Assembly: GCA_964477195.1 (NCBI GenBank)
Contig: CAYZCX010000005.1
Span: 11,832 to 75,831, forward strand
DNA: 64,000 nt
Direction of reading: 5' to 3'
Source: an uncultured Candidatus Saccharibacteria bacterium
GTDB lineage: Bacteria; Patescibacteriota; Saccharimonadia; Saccharimonadales; Saccharimonadaceae
Position numbers and translations under genes: made by a program. The notes beneath the pieces are model-generated. The model saw only the letters and a program-made list of their open reading frames with translations. It ran no database searches and was not told where the DNA came from. Positions 1 through 8,930 of the stretch are shown in pieces. Within the stretch, counting starts at the first letter, position 1. Each line of letters opens with the position of its first letter.

Positions 1-108
1 TCAGCCCGCAACGAAGACTCCACGTTGTTTTCCACGAGACATAGGTGCCGTATTATAAACGAAATATGGATTGTGGTCAAATAACTTCTCTCTAGAGGGC
101 TATTACTG

Positions 109-138
109 TTGACTTTTTCACGTAGCTTCTGCTATACT
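109..138 (+). promoter_or_regulatory. sigma70-like promoter (TTGACT-N18-TATACT) ahead of rplJ leader
   Basis: TTGACT at 109-114 and TATACT at 133-138; the same consensus recurs before many genes in this window. Confidence 0.4.
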
Positions 139-335
139 TCCTTCAGACATTGCCAGAGACAGTGGCGGTAAGGAAACTTACTTAATAACGCCACCGAGGA
201 TATGCATACAAACATCATATTTTAGGAAGTCTTTGGTAGTGCGAGAATCAAAGACTTTTTTGTTTCTTTGTTTTTCTCATTACCGCACGTTGACAATTCG
301 GTTGAATAAAACACCAACTAAAGAAAGGATTTTTT
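139..335 (+). promoter_or_regulatory. rplJ 5' leader with terminator-like hairpin (possible L10 autoregulatory attenuator)
   Basis: About 200 nt untranslated before rplJ. Helix GTGGCG 163-168 / CGCCAC 189-194. Hairpin AAGTCTTTG 227-235 / CAAAGACTT 249-257 followed by a T-run. Confidence 0.35.
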
Positions 336-860
336 ATGGCAATTTCACGCGATAAAAAGAACACTTTGGTTGCAGATATGAGCGAGCTGCTCGCCGCTTC
401 AAAAATGACCGTCTTTGCACAGTATCAAGGACTCAGCGTGGCTGATGTTCAGGAGCTTCGTAAAGCCGCTCGTGAAGCAGGGGTGGTTATCAAGGTGATT
501 AAGAACCGCCTTGTCCGTGTAGCCCTGTCGTCCAACGATACCTACAAGGACACCGATACCACCGCTTTAAGCGGCCAGCTACTCTACGCTATCAGCACAG
601 AAGACGAAGTAGCGCCAGCACAGATCCTCGACAAGTTTGCAAAAACTCACCCAAACCTGCAATTCGCGGGAGCATTTTCGGGCGAGGGCAAACTGCTCGA
701 TGTTAACGAAGTAAAAGCCCTTGCAGGACTTCCAAGCAAGGACCAGCTTATCGGTCAAGTGGTTTCACAACTACTTTCTCCGGTACACGACGTGACAAAT
801 GCACTGTCCGGCAACCTCCACGCTCTTCTCGATGGTATCGAAGCAAAAGCAACCAGTTAA
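336..860 (+). CDS. rplJ: 50S ribosomal protein L10
   Basis: MAISRDKK...VFAQYQGLSVADVQELRKAAREAGVVIKVIKNRLVRVAL is typical L10; RBS AAAGGA upstream; followed by rplL. Confidence 0.95.
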   Translation: MAISRDKKNTLVADMSELLAASKMTVFAQYQGLSVADVQELRKAAREAGVVIKVIKNRLVRVALSSNDTYKDTDTTALSGQLLYAISTEDEVAPAQILDKFAKTHPNLQFAGAFSGEGKLLDVNEVKALAGLPSKDQLIGQVVSQLLSPVHDVTNALSGNLHALLDGIEAKATS

Positions 861-888
861 TTATTAAGAAATTTACAAGGAGTCAATC

Positions 889-1266
889 ATGGCCGACATT
901 AAGAAACTTGCAGAAGAGCTTACTAAGCTTACTGTACTCGAGGTCAACGACCTTAAAACTATCCTAAAAGACGAATATGGCATCGAACCTGCTGCAGCTG
1001 CCGCTGTAGCTGTCGCCGCTCCAGCAGATGCTGGTGCTGGCGCTGAAGATGAAAAATCTGAATTTACTGTCACCCTCAAGGATGCAGGTGCTCAGAAAGT
1101 TGCAGTCATCAAAGCTGTTAAAGAAATCACTGGACTTGGTCTTGGTGAAGCTAAGGCTCTCGTGGACAACGCTCCATCAGCTATCAAAGAGAAGGTCTCT
1201 AAAGATGACGCTGAAGCAGCTAAAAAGAGCCTCGAAGAAGCTGGCGCTTCAGTCGAACTTAGCTAA
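889..1266 (+). CDS. rplL: 50S ribosomal protein L7/L12
   Basis: N-terminal dimerisation helix, Ala-rich hinge, C-terminal [24 protein letters not shown] motif; RBS AAGGAG. Confidence 0.95.
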   Translation: MADIKKLAEELTKLTVLEVNDLKTILKDEYGIEPAAAAAVAVAAPADAGAGAEDEKSEFTVTLKDAGAQKVAVIKAVKEITGLGLGEAKALVDNAPSAIKEKVSKDDAEAAKKSLEEAGASVELS

Positions 1267-1291
1267 TTTTATTATTCAACCGATTGTTGAC

Positions 1292-1340
1292 CAAACAAAA
1301 ACTACCGTTCTGTGTGAGCGGTAGTTTTTGTTTGGTTTCA
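1292..1340 (+). terminator. rho-independent terminator after rplL
   Basis: Perfect 16-bp stem CAAACAAAAACTACCG 1292-1307 / CGGTAGTTTTTGTTTG 1319-1334, T-rich tail. Confidence 0.8.
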
Positions 1341-1531
1341 GTGATCCAATCCCTCTATTGTGTGATACTAAACACAAGCGTACACTAAATAGTAATGAGT
1401 CACACGCAAAACATTATTAGCATTATTATTGCTCCCGCCCATGCGGTCATGTTTGCACACTCGTAAAAATATATCACGAAAAGCAAGCTCCTGGCCGCCG
1501 CGCCGGGAGCTTTTAATTTAAGGAGAGAATT

Positions 1532-2554
1532 ATGACAAAAACGCTAGAACATATGAGTCTTGGCGATGCCGCGTATGAGTTATTCAACGCAAATAGAGAA
1601 GTAGTCGGCGACCATTTTAGGGTTGAGCCGCTCGAGGTCGAATTTCCTTATCTCGCGACAGATCTCGCCCGTGAATTCGGAGCGCGAAGTCTCTTTCTCG
1701 CTCGAGCGGGCGACAACGAAGCAGGAACATCAAAAGCTCGCGGGGCCTTCGTCGGCGCAAGCCTCCTTAAGGCCCAGGGTGCGGAGAAAATTCGCCTAGC
1801 ATCGGCCGGCAACCACGCACGCGGCAGTGTTATTGCCGCACGGGTTCTTGGCATGGGCGCAAACGTTGCCGTTCCAGCATCGGCACCATACGAAAAAAGC
1901 GATGGACTTTACTCTCTAATGGACGATTCGCGACTCCATGTAGAGAGGGTAGAGGGAGCATTTGCCAATGCCAACGATTGGATATTGGCACATCCGGAGC
2001 TAGGCGAATTGCTTCATCCCTACGACGATCCCGGGGTTATCGCTGGACAAGGAACACTTGCCGATGATATATTCCGGGCTCTTCCCGATACAGATAGAGT
2101 TGTTGTTGCCCTTGGGGGAGGGGGTCATGCCGCTGGTATTCGTGAACGAGCCGACGAACTTGGTTACGAGAGGGCAATCGTTCATGGTATCGAAGCCGAG
2201 GGAAGTGATAGCCTTTCCGTGAGTCTTGAGAGCGGCAATATCATGCCTGCCACCAACCCAAACGCGCGGTATGGAGGCTCGGCTGTCAGATATGTCGGCG
2301 AGCGAGCGCTGAAAGTTCTGCGAGATGCCGACAAACGATTTGAGGTTTCTTCAGTATCTGATGATGAAGTAGAAAAAGTAATGGGGTTGTACCAACAACT
2401 ACGCAGAGACCTATGGCGAATGGATACGCCGGCGTATGAGCCGACGACACTTGTTGCAGTTGCTGGACTTGCCGCCATTGCGAGGGATCACCCTGATGAA
2501 ACCATCGTTGTCGTAGGGACCGGCCATAACGCGCCACTTCCTGACTATATATAA
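1532..2554 (+). CDS. PLP-dependent enzyme, Trp-synthase-beta fold (threonine/serine dehydratase-like)
   Basis: GTSKARGA (PLP-Lys motif, cf. SFKxRGA), SAGNHARG and a GGGGH glycine loop; RBS AAGGAGA; somewhat GC-richer than neighbours. Confidence 0.7.
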   Translation: MTKTLEHMSLGDAAYELFNANREVVGDHFRVEPLEVEFPYLATDLAREFGARSLFLARAGDNEAGTSKARGAFVGASLLKAQGAEKIRLASAGNHARGSVIAARVLGMGANVAVPASAPYEKSDGLYSLMDDSRLHVERVEGAFANANDWILAHPELGELLHPYDDPGVIAGQGTLADDIFRALPDTDRVVVALGGGGHAAGIRERADELGYERAIVHGIEAEGSDSLSVSLESGNIMPATNPNARYGGSAVRYVGERALKVLRDADKRFEVSSVSDDEVEKVMGLYQQLRRDLWRMDTPAYEPTTLVAVAGLAAIARDHPDETIVVVGTGHNAPLPDYI

Positions 2555-2654
2555 AAATAACAACATTTTACACTTTACCCCTGATATTTTTGTGGAAAAA
2601 GAGAAGCGATTGTACGAATACAGAAGAGATTGCTACAATACATACATAACCATC

Positions 2655-3173
2655 ATGCGTTTTACTCAAAGAGGCTTCACTATCACCGAACTACTCATCG
2701 TCATCGTGACGATTGGTATCTTGGCGAGTATCGTTCTCGTCACTTATAATGGGGTCCAGGCGCGTGCGCAAGATGCCGCAGTCCAATCCGATCTTGATAA
2801 CATCGCTGGCGTCCTGGAATCCTATCGCGCTCGAGATGATGGGTCAAACTCAAGTCATGAATACCCACGAACCAAAACCATACTTGAGACGCTTGGCATA
2901 AAAGCATCAAAAAGCTCTTATAATACCTCAGTGACATACAACATGATTTATTGCATAGCAAATTCAGGTAGTGATGCCTACAAACAGTATAAGCTCATTG
3001 CGCTCAGTAAATCAGGAAAAGTCTTTATGATGACCCAAGACGGCTTTGCGCCAAATTCATTCACTGCAAGCGATCTTACTTCGACAATCTGCTCGAGTAC
3101 CCTCAGTATGGGCCTCGTTTCCAATGGAATGTATGCGGCAAATACATGGCAGGATTGGGTCGGAAACTCCTAA
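2655..3173 (+). CDS. type IV pilin-like protein (prepilin N-terminal methylation domain)
   Basis: MRFTQRG|FTITELLIVIVTIGILASI is a class III signal with Glu+5. I prefer the ATG at 2655 over the GTG at 2592 of the tracked ORF. Confidence 0.75.
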   Translation: MRFTQRGFTITELLIVIVTIGILASIVLVTYNGVQARAQDAAVQSDLDNIAGVLESYRARDDGSNSSHEYPRTKTILETLGIKASKSSYNTSVTYNMIYCIANSGSDAYKQYKLIALSKSGKVFMMTQDGFAPNSFTASDLTSTICSSTLSMGLVSNGMYAANTWQDWVGNS

Positions 3174-3184
3174 CCACCTGAACC

Positions 3185-3213
3185 TTGACATAGTATATAG
3201 GCTATTTTAATAT
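3185..3213 (+). promoter_or_regulatory. sigma70-like promoter TTGACA-N17-TAATAT
   Basis: TTGACA 3185-3190, TAATAT 3208-3213, directly upstream of the GC-rich ORF 3251. Confidence 0.45.
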
Positions 3214-3250
3214 ACTACTCGAGGAAGACTACAAGAAGCTTGGAGACACT

Positions 3251-3685
3251 ATGGGTACGGTATTCACCGATGACCTGGGCAAGTTCTCTCAGGGTGGCTG
3301 CGTTATGTGCTGGCCATTTTGGGTAGTTCAGCATGGGAGCAAACGAACGTGGCATGTCGTCATCACATTCGACGGTTCTGAGTACGCAGTCTACGAGGAT
3401 GGTCACGATGCCCATGTGCCCTACAGGGCCTGGAGGCAGCGCGACTTCGTTGTGGTGCGAAACGCAGAGGACGAGAACAATCGCATCTCTGCCGTACTAC
3501 GCGTAAGTCAGTCCGGACAAGCAGTCGCGGTTATTCCCGTTTATCGGGATTATAGCCCCGAAACACACGATGCAGCCTCGTGGCACAGCGGGATGCGGAT
3601 CGTACAGAAAAGCCTCGAGGATGTCATCGTCAGGGAGTGGGACCCGGAGCGAGAATCCCTCTACATCTCCCAGAGGGACGACTAA
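3251..3685 (+). CDS. hypothetical protein (GC-rich ORFan)
   Basis: 144-aa ORF, RBS GGAGA 6 nt upstream, hairpin downstream; no motif recognised. Confidence 0.5.
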   Translation: MGTVFTDDLGKFSQGGCVMCWPFWVVQHGSKRTWHVVITFDGSEYAVYEDGHDAHVPYRAWRQRDFVVVRNAEDENNRISAVLRVSQSGQAVAVIPVYRDYSPETHDAASWHSGMRIVQKSLEDVIVREWDPERESLYISQRDD

Positions 3686-3694
3686 CCTCATCCA

Positions 3695-3733
3695 GTAAGG
3701 TGTGGCGCGCTTTTTCGCAGCGCCACACCTTAC
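3695..3733. terminator. 14-bp GC-rich hairpin (terminator-like)
   Basis: GTAAGGTGTGGCGC 3695-3708 / GCGCCACACCTTAC 3720-3733. Confidence 0.5.
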
Positions 3734-3749
3734 TGGAACAGTCCATATA

Positions 3750-3778
3750 TTGACACTTTTTAACTTCATTGATATATA
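3750..3778 (+). promoter_or_regulatory. sigma70-like promoter TTGACA-N17-TATATA
   Basis: TTGACA 3750-3755, TATATA 3773-3778. Confidence 0.45.
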
Positions 3779-3822
3779 TAAGGGTAATACACACCAAAAT
3801 AGACAAAGGAAAAGCGAGAACC

Positions 3823-4338
3823 ATGTCTGAATTACCCGAAAAACAAGTAAAGCGGCTGCGGTCGCTTATCCAGGAAGCAGAAACTAACTTGGCCGCCGCA
3901 AAAGAACTTCTTATTAGCATCGTCGGTGACGATGGGAATGTTGTGACGCCACGAAATAGCCAAGAAGAAGTTGGCGGAAAGGTCATCGAAGGCGTCTTTG
4001 ACGGCCAAATAATGATCGGGCCAGATGGAAAAAGCTATCCCGTTCCAGCCAATTACGCGAGTAAATCAAAGCTCGTAGAGGGCGATATACTCAAGCTCAC
4101 GATCGCTGATGACGGTGGATTTATCTACAAACAAATCGGCCCTGTCGTTCGCAAACAAATTATTGGAACGCTTGTCCAGCATGATGGGACCTACTACGTC
4201 GAAGCAAATGGCAAAGAATACCGAATTCTTCTTGCAAGCGTCACATACTTCCGACTCACAGAAGGAAACCAGGTGACCATTATTATCCCAGAAGATAATC
4301 CTGACGCCACATGGGCGGCAGTCGAAGCCTCTCTTTAG
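3823..4338 (+). CDS. hypothetical protein (N-terminal helix plus two beta-rich repeats)
   Basis: ATG at 3823 (MSELPEKQ) inside tracked ORF 3769-4338; stop lies 8 nt before the next start; no family recognised. Confidence 0.6.
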   Translation: MSELPEKQVKRLRSLIQEAETNLAAAKELLISIVGDDGNVVTPRNSQEEVGGKVIEGVFDGQIMIGPDGKSYPVPANYASKSKLVEGDILKLTIADDGGFIYKQIGPVVRKQIIGTLVQHDGTYYVEANGKEYRILLASVTYFRLTEGNQVTIIIPEDNPDATWAAVEASL

Positions 4339-4345
4339 GCTACTT

Positions 4346-5230
4346 ATGCTCGAGGCGGGCACATATCTCCTTGGAAATGTCGGCTTTAACAGTGCAGACA
4401 CGCCGACGCTCACTCTCCAGCGAGATGGTTATCTCGCGAATGTAGAACCCCTTCATCAAGAAATAAGTCTTGTATTCGATACCTCCGAGCGTCATTGCAT
4501 TGGTTGGGGTGATCTTGCGACAGGCGAACGCTTTGTTTGTCCCGAAAATGCCATTATTGCCGAAAAATACGAACAGTGCCCCGCATGTCAGCAGCGAACC
4601 GGATTTAATCCGGCATTTTATCATGCTACCAGTGTTTCTAAGAAGCAAGAAACACGCAATCAAGAGCCCCATCTTCTTTACCTTGCCTATTTCGGCCCCG
4701 GAGTTATAAAAGTGGGAATTTCACACGCAAAGCGGGGAAATGCTCGTCTTCTTGAACAAGGCGCACGAGCCGCGCTTATCCTCGAAACATTTCCTACGGC
4801 ACTTATCGCTCGTGATTATGAAGCCCAGATTGCTAAGCTCGAGAATATAGCCGAAACAATACAGCTTCGCAAAAAACAACAACTCCTTAGCACGTATGCT
4901 CACGACCAGGAAATTGCCCAAAATGAGCTGCTCAAGACAAAACAACGTATCGAAGAAACTCTTGGCGTTTCGTTTACAAATACAGACGTTCTTACTCTCG
5001 ATTCTGTCTTTTTTCCTCACGGAACACCTCTCCTTAAGAACGCCATCGATTGTACAGAGCAGAATCGCATATCTGGAAAGGTCGCTGGCATGTTAGGATC
5101 ATTTCTTTTTTGTACCTACGAAGACGAGCTCGTCTATATTCCTATCAAGAAATTCATTGGATATAAGGCATCTCTCGACTTCAAGATAACACCGCTTACA
5201 CTCCCTGCTCAGCAAATATCACTTTTCTAG
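4346..5230 (+). CDS. hypothetical protein, possibly DUF2797-like (CxxC zinc-ribbon plus KVGIS...R core)
   Basis: 294 aa with CPENA...CPACQQ cysteines and LYLAYFGPGVIKVGISHAKRGNARLLEQGA. The family assignment is from memory only. Confidence 0.55.
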   Translation: MLEAGTYLLGNVGFNSADTPTLTLQRDGYLANVEPLHQEISLVFDTSERHCIGWGDLATGERFVCPENAIIAEKYEQCPACQQRTGFNPAFYHATSVSKKQETRNQEPHLLYLAYFGPGVIKVGISHAKRGNARLLEQGARAALILETFPTALIARDYEAQIAKLENIAETIQLRKKQQLLSTYAHDQEIAQNELLKTKQRIEETLGVSFTNTDVLTLDSVFFPHGTPLLKNAIDCTEQNRISGKVAGMLGSFLFCTYEDELVYIPIKKFIGYKASLDFKITPLTLPAQQISLF

Positions 5231-5340
5231 GGAGATAACCTCAATAATTGCAAAAAAGAAGCTCCCCGTAGATTATTCGGTCATTCTAGAGTATGATGAA
5301 CAGCGTAACTTGCTGGCCAACAGACTGACCAGGAGCGACT

Positions 5341-5697
5341 GTGTCGATCATCGAAAACCCACCGACAGTGTGGTTTGACGCCTTCCATGGTGGATTCAAA
5401 ATCACCATGCTGAGAGATTCGTTTTTCATACAAGACGGTAAAATGGATGACTTCGTGGAAAAAGCCAAGCCCAGAAAAGGCGTGAAAGATGTCATTGTCG
5501 AGGAGGATGCCCCGACGCATATTACCTGGAAGATTACACTTGAGGAAGGGTACTATGAAAGGCCAATTCAGACCGCAGGACCGGTGGGTCTCGTGTTTGC
5601 GAGCAGCTCGCATCCGACGTGCTACGCAAAGCACTACCGCGTGAACAATAAAACAGTAACCCCCAAAGCTTGGTTCGAAGCGCTCTGCGGGATGTGA
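5341..5697 (+). CDS. hypothetical protein (GC-rich ORFan)
   Basis: GTG start preceded by AGGAGC; the opposite-strand ORF 5281-5634 is judged a shadow. Confidence 0.5.
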   Translation: MSIIENPPTVWFDAFHGGFKITMLRDSFFIQDGKMDDFVEKAKPRKGVKDVIVEEDAPTHITWKITLEEGYYERPIQTAGPVGLVFASSSHPTCYAKHYRVNNKTVTPKAWFEALCGM

Positions 5698-5751
5698 ACT
5701 GCATCCGCTTGTCAGTTGGTCTTATAACCGATTCGATCTACAACGTCTGGA

Positions 5752-6000
5752 GTGTCTATGTATTACGCGATTATCCCTCATGACTCTGGCGGGGCGATGC
5801 GTCCACGAGACGGCGAAGTTCACGGTGAATCTCCCGCAGAACTCTTGAAAAACGCGCGAGCGAAGGAAGGAAGCGGATGGTTTTTGTCGAGAATCGTCCA
5901 CGTAAATAACGATGACGACCGTGACACGACCACCCTCTGGCGAGAAGGGGCTGGGTGGTTGGAGGCAATCGATCGCTTCTTCCCGCCCGTGGGCAAGTGA
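5752..6000 (+). CDS. hypothetical small protein (GC-rich ORFan)
   Basis: 82-aa ORF (GTG 5752 or ATG 5758) followed immediately by a strong terminator. Confidence 0.45.
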   Translation: MSMYYAIIPHDSGGAMRPRDGEVHGESPAELLKNARAKEGSGWFLSRIVHVNNDDDRDTTTLWREGAGWLEAIDRFFPPVGK

Positions 6001-6004
6001 CGAC

Positions 6005-6055
6005 AGCCCGGTCTGGAGAATCTCAAGCCGATTCTCCAGACCGGGCTTATTTTTA
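6005..6055 (+). terminator. rho-independent terminator
   Basis: 18-bp stem AGCCCGGTCTGGAGAATC 6005-6022 / GATTCTCCAGACCGGGCT 6030-6047 followed by TATTTTT. Confidence 0.85.
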
Positions 6056-6129
6056 TATGTAAAATCACAACATCCGAATACTCATAAATATCGTACAATG
6101 GAATGAGAAAACGTGAGGGGAAATAAACA

Positions 6130-7539
6130 GTGTCAAAAGCGCTTTATAGAAAGTATCGGAGCAAATCACTTGACGAGATCGTCGGGCAAGGTCATGTTAC
6201 CGATGTGCTTTCACGAGCACTCAAACAAGGAAAAATCGCCCATGCCTATCTCCTGACTGGACCAAGGGGGGTTGGCAAGACGTCAATTGCGCGTATTTTG
6301 GCACACGAGATCAATGGCTTGACCTATGGCGATGACACGACTCATCTGGATATCATAGAGATCGACGCTGCGAGCAACAACGGGGTGGAAGACGTCCGAG
6401 ATCTTCGTGAAAAGGTGCAAATTGCGCCCGTCTCCGCGCGCAAAAAGATATATATCATCGACGAAGTTCACATGCTTTCAAAAGCAGCCTTCAATGCGCT
6501 CCTCAAAACACTTGAAGAGCCGCCTGAGCATGCTGTTTTTATCCTTGCCACAACCGATCTCGATAAACTCCCCGCGACCATTATCAGCCGCGTTCAACGG
6601 TTTCATTTTCGTTCAATCACCCCTGCAGATGCAGCAAAACATCTTCGACATATTGCCGACCAAGAAAAAATTGCCATCGACGACGAGGCACTTGCGCTCA
6701 TTGCCGAGCGAGGTGATGGAAGCTTTCGCGATAGCATTAGCTTGCTCGATCAGCTCAGTAGCCTGGCCGATGAAAAAAGTGGTATTACTCGCGAACTTGT
6801 CGAACGTGCTATCGGACTCGCCCCACAAGAGCAGGTACAAAAACTCATTGAAGCCCACCAAGCAAAAAACCTTGAGAGTATTATCACTCTTCTCTATGAT
6901 GCCGAGCAAAGTGGTATCCAGCCAAATGTCCTCACCGCTCAGTTAATCACGGCGATTCGAACTCATCTCGGTGAATCTCCGCAGCTTCTCTCTCTCTTGG
7001 ACAAGCTACTCGATGTCGCAAAGTCATCTCAGCCAAATGTGAAACTTCTCACTGTTTTGGCCGAAAATACTCAGCCGCCCAAGCCAAAAAGTATCGCTTT
7101 GGTTGCACCCACCCCCATGGTGAGTGCACCTGTTGCAGCGGTCAAAAAGCTCCCCGATGAACCAGTTGTCGTCAAGGAGGAGTCACTTGTTCCAATAGCC
7201 CCGCCAAAAAAGAAACAAACGGCACCTAAGGGCGAGCTCGACTGGGCGCAGCTCATAGAATATCTCCGCGTCCACTATCTCGCGACATACAGCGTCGTCT
7301 CAAAGTGCGGATACGAACTCGAGGGCGATATTCTTCGAATTTATACAATCAATGCTTTTTACAAGAAAAAGCTCGACGACGCAAAATATCGTACAAATAT
7401 TGCAGCGTCAATCAGCGAAATTGGTGCAGGCGAGTGGGAGATAGAGACAATTCCCACACCCCCACCGCCCAAAGATAGCCAAGCGGCGGCTGTTGCTGCT
7501 ATTATGGGAGGTGGAGAAGAGGTGAACGTGGAAGCATAG
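6130..7539 (+). CDS. dnaX: DNA polymerase III subunit gamma/tau
   Basis: YRKYRSKSLDEIVGQGHV, Walker A GPRGVGKTS, IIDEVHMLS, SRVQRF sensor; GTG start. Confidence 0.93.
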   Translation: MSKALYRKYRSKSLDEIVGQGHVTDVLSRALKQGKIAHAYLLTGPRGVGKTSIARILAHEINGLTYGDDTTHLDIIEIDAASNNGVEDVRDLREKVQIAPVSARKKIYIIDEVHMLSKAAFNALLKTLEEPPEHAVFILATTDLDKLPATIISRVQRFHFRSITPADAAKHLRHIADQEKIAIDDEALALIAERGDGSFRDSISLLDQLSSLADEKSGITRELVERAIGLAPQEQVQKLIEAHQAKNLESIITLLYDAEQSGIQPNVLTAQLITAIRTHLGESPQLLSLLDKLLDVAKSSQPNVKLLTVLAENTQPPKPKSIALVAPTPMVSAPVAAVKKLPDEPVVVKEESLVPIAPPKKKQTAPKGELDWAQLIEYLRVHYLATYSVVSKCGYELEGDILRIYTINAFYKKKLDDAKYRTNIAASISEIGAGEWEIETIPTPPPPKDSQAAAVAAIMGGGEEVNVEA

Positions 7540-7557
7540 CGACGTTCCCAACTACAT

Positions 7558-8904
7558 ATGCCAGCAAAAGATATCCCCACCGGAAAAGTCCCACCCCAGA
7601 ATCTCGATGCCGAAAAGAGCCTGCTTGGTGCCGTTTTGATTGACGAAGAGACACTTGCCGATATTTCCGAACACGTCACCCCAAAAGATTTCTATGATAA
7701 GCGACATGCGACTATCTTTGGTGGCATGCGACGACTATATGAAAAACACAAACCAGTCGATCTTTTAACCCTTACAGATGAACTCAAGAAAAAAGACGAG
7801 CTCGAAGCAATCGGTGGATCCGCCTATTTGACCGAGCTTACCAATTACGTCCCGTCAGCCGCCCATGCGGAATCATACGCTGAGATAGTATCGCAAAAAG
7901 CAGTGCGACGCCGACTCATTAAGGCGAGTGCAGAGATTTCTGAAATGGGTTTCAACGAAGAAACGACCACGCAGGAGCTATTACAACAGGCTGAGTCTGA
8001 GCTTTTTGGCGTCAGCGACCAATCGCTAAAACAAGACCTGGTAAGTATCGAAGAGATTTTGACCGATAGCTTTGATCGCATGGAGGAATTACACCGCAAC
8101 AAAGGTGCACTTCGGGGTGTACGGACCGGCTGGCGCGATCTTGACAACATGACCGCCGGGCTACAGCGCTCAGATCTTATTATCCTTGCCGCTCGACCGG
8201 CCATGGGTAAGACAACTCTCGTTACAAATCTAGCCTATAATGTCGCGACCGTTGCTAAACAATCTGTGCTTTTCTTTAGTCTTGAGATGAGCAAAGAGCA
8301 GTTGGTCGATCGTATGCTCGCCGATGCAAGCGGTGTTGATGCTTGGAATATTCGTACAGGAAACCTTTCTGATGATGATTTTTCAAAATTATCTGAGGCC
8401 ATGGGCGAAATGGCCGAAGCGCCAATCTATCTCGATGACACACCGGGGCTATCGGTCTTAGAAATGCGCACAAAAGCCCGCCGTGCTGCCCACGACGCTC
8501 CGCTCGGACTTATTATTATCGACTATCTGCAGCTAATGCAGGGAAGCGGTAAAGATAATGGTAACCGCGTGCAAGAGGTGAGTGAGATCTCACGTGGCCT
8601 CAAGTTGATCGCCCGCGAACTCAACGTGCCGGTCATCGCCTTGAGTCAGTTGTCGCGTTCGGTTGAAAGCCGCAGTCCACAGATTCCACAACTTGCCGAT
8701 CTTCGTGAATCAGGCTCTATCGAGCAAGACGCCGATATCGTTATGTTTATCTACCGCGAAGCGTATTACAACCCCGAAACCGAACGCGAGAACATCACCG
8801 ATCTGATTATCGCAAAACACCGTAATGGTCCCGTGGGCAAGGTCGAACTCTACTTCCATCCTGAGCGGCTGCGCTTCATGTCTTTGGATAAACGCCATGA
8901 TTAA
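7558..8904 (+). CDS. dnaB: replicative DNA helicase DnaB
   Basis: PPQNLDAEKSLLGAVL N-terminus, Walker A ARPAMGKTT, IIDYLQLM, LSQLSRSVE, QDADIV. Confidence 0.95.
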   Translation: MPAKDIPTGKVPPQNLDAEKSLLGAVLIDEETLADISEHVTPKDFYDKRHATIFGGMRRLYEKHKPVDLLTLTDELKKKDELEAIGGSAYLTELTNYVPSAAHAESYAEIVSQKAVRRRLIKASAEISEMGFNEETTTQELLQQAESELFGVSDQSLKQDLVSIEEILTDSFDRMEELHRNKGALRGVRTGWRDLDNMTAGLQRSDLIILAARPAMGKTTLVTNLAYNVATVAKQSVLFFSLEMSKEQLVDRMLADASGVDAWNIRTGNLSDDDFSKLSEAMGEMAEAPIYLDDTPGLSVLEMRTKARRAAHDAPLGLIIIDYLQLMQGSGKDNGNRVQEVSEISRGLKLIARELNVPVIALSQLSRSVESRSPQIPQLADLRESGSIEQDADIVMFIYREAYYNPETERENITDLIIAKHRNGPVGKVELYFHPERLRFMSLDKRHD

Positions 8905-8930
8905 ATTCGTGCTATAATCATAAGGAATTT

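Noticed and set aside
1-42. 13-codon minus-strand ORF (MSRGKQRGVFVAG) at the window start
   Set aside because: It is too short, has no RBS context visible and no recognisable function. It is probably chance or part of an upstream intergenic region.
2592-2654. N-terminal 21-codon extension of the pilin ORF from the GTG at 2592
   Set aside because: Prepilin leaders are short and basic. The ATG at 2655 gives the canonical MRFTQRG|F leader, while the extension would add an atypical 21 residues.
6407-6946. 179-aa alternative-frame ORF inside dnaX
   Set aside because: It is fully embedded in the well-supported dnaX frame. Its translation is low-complexity (Ser/Leu/Lys/Pro-rich) with no motif.
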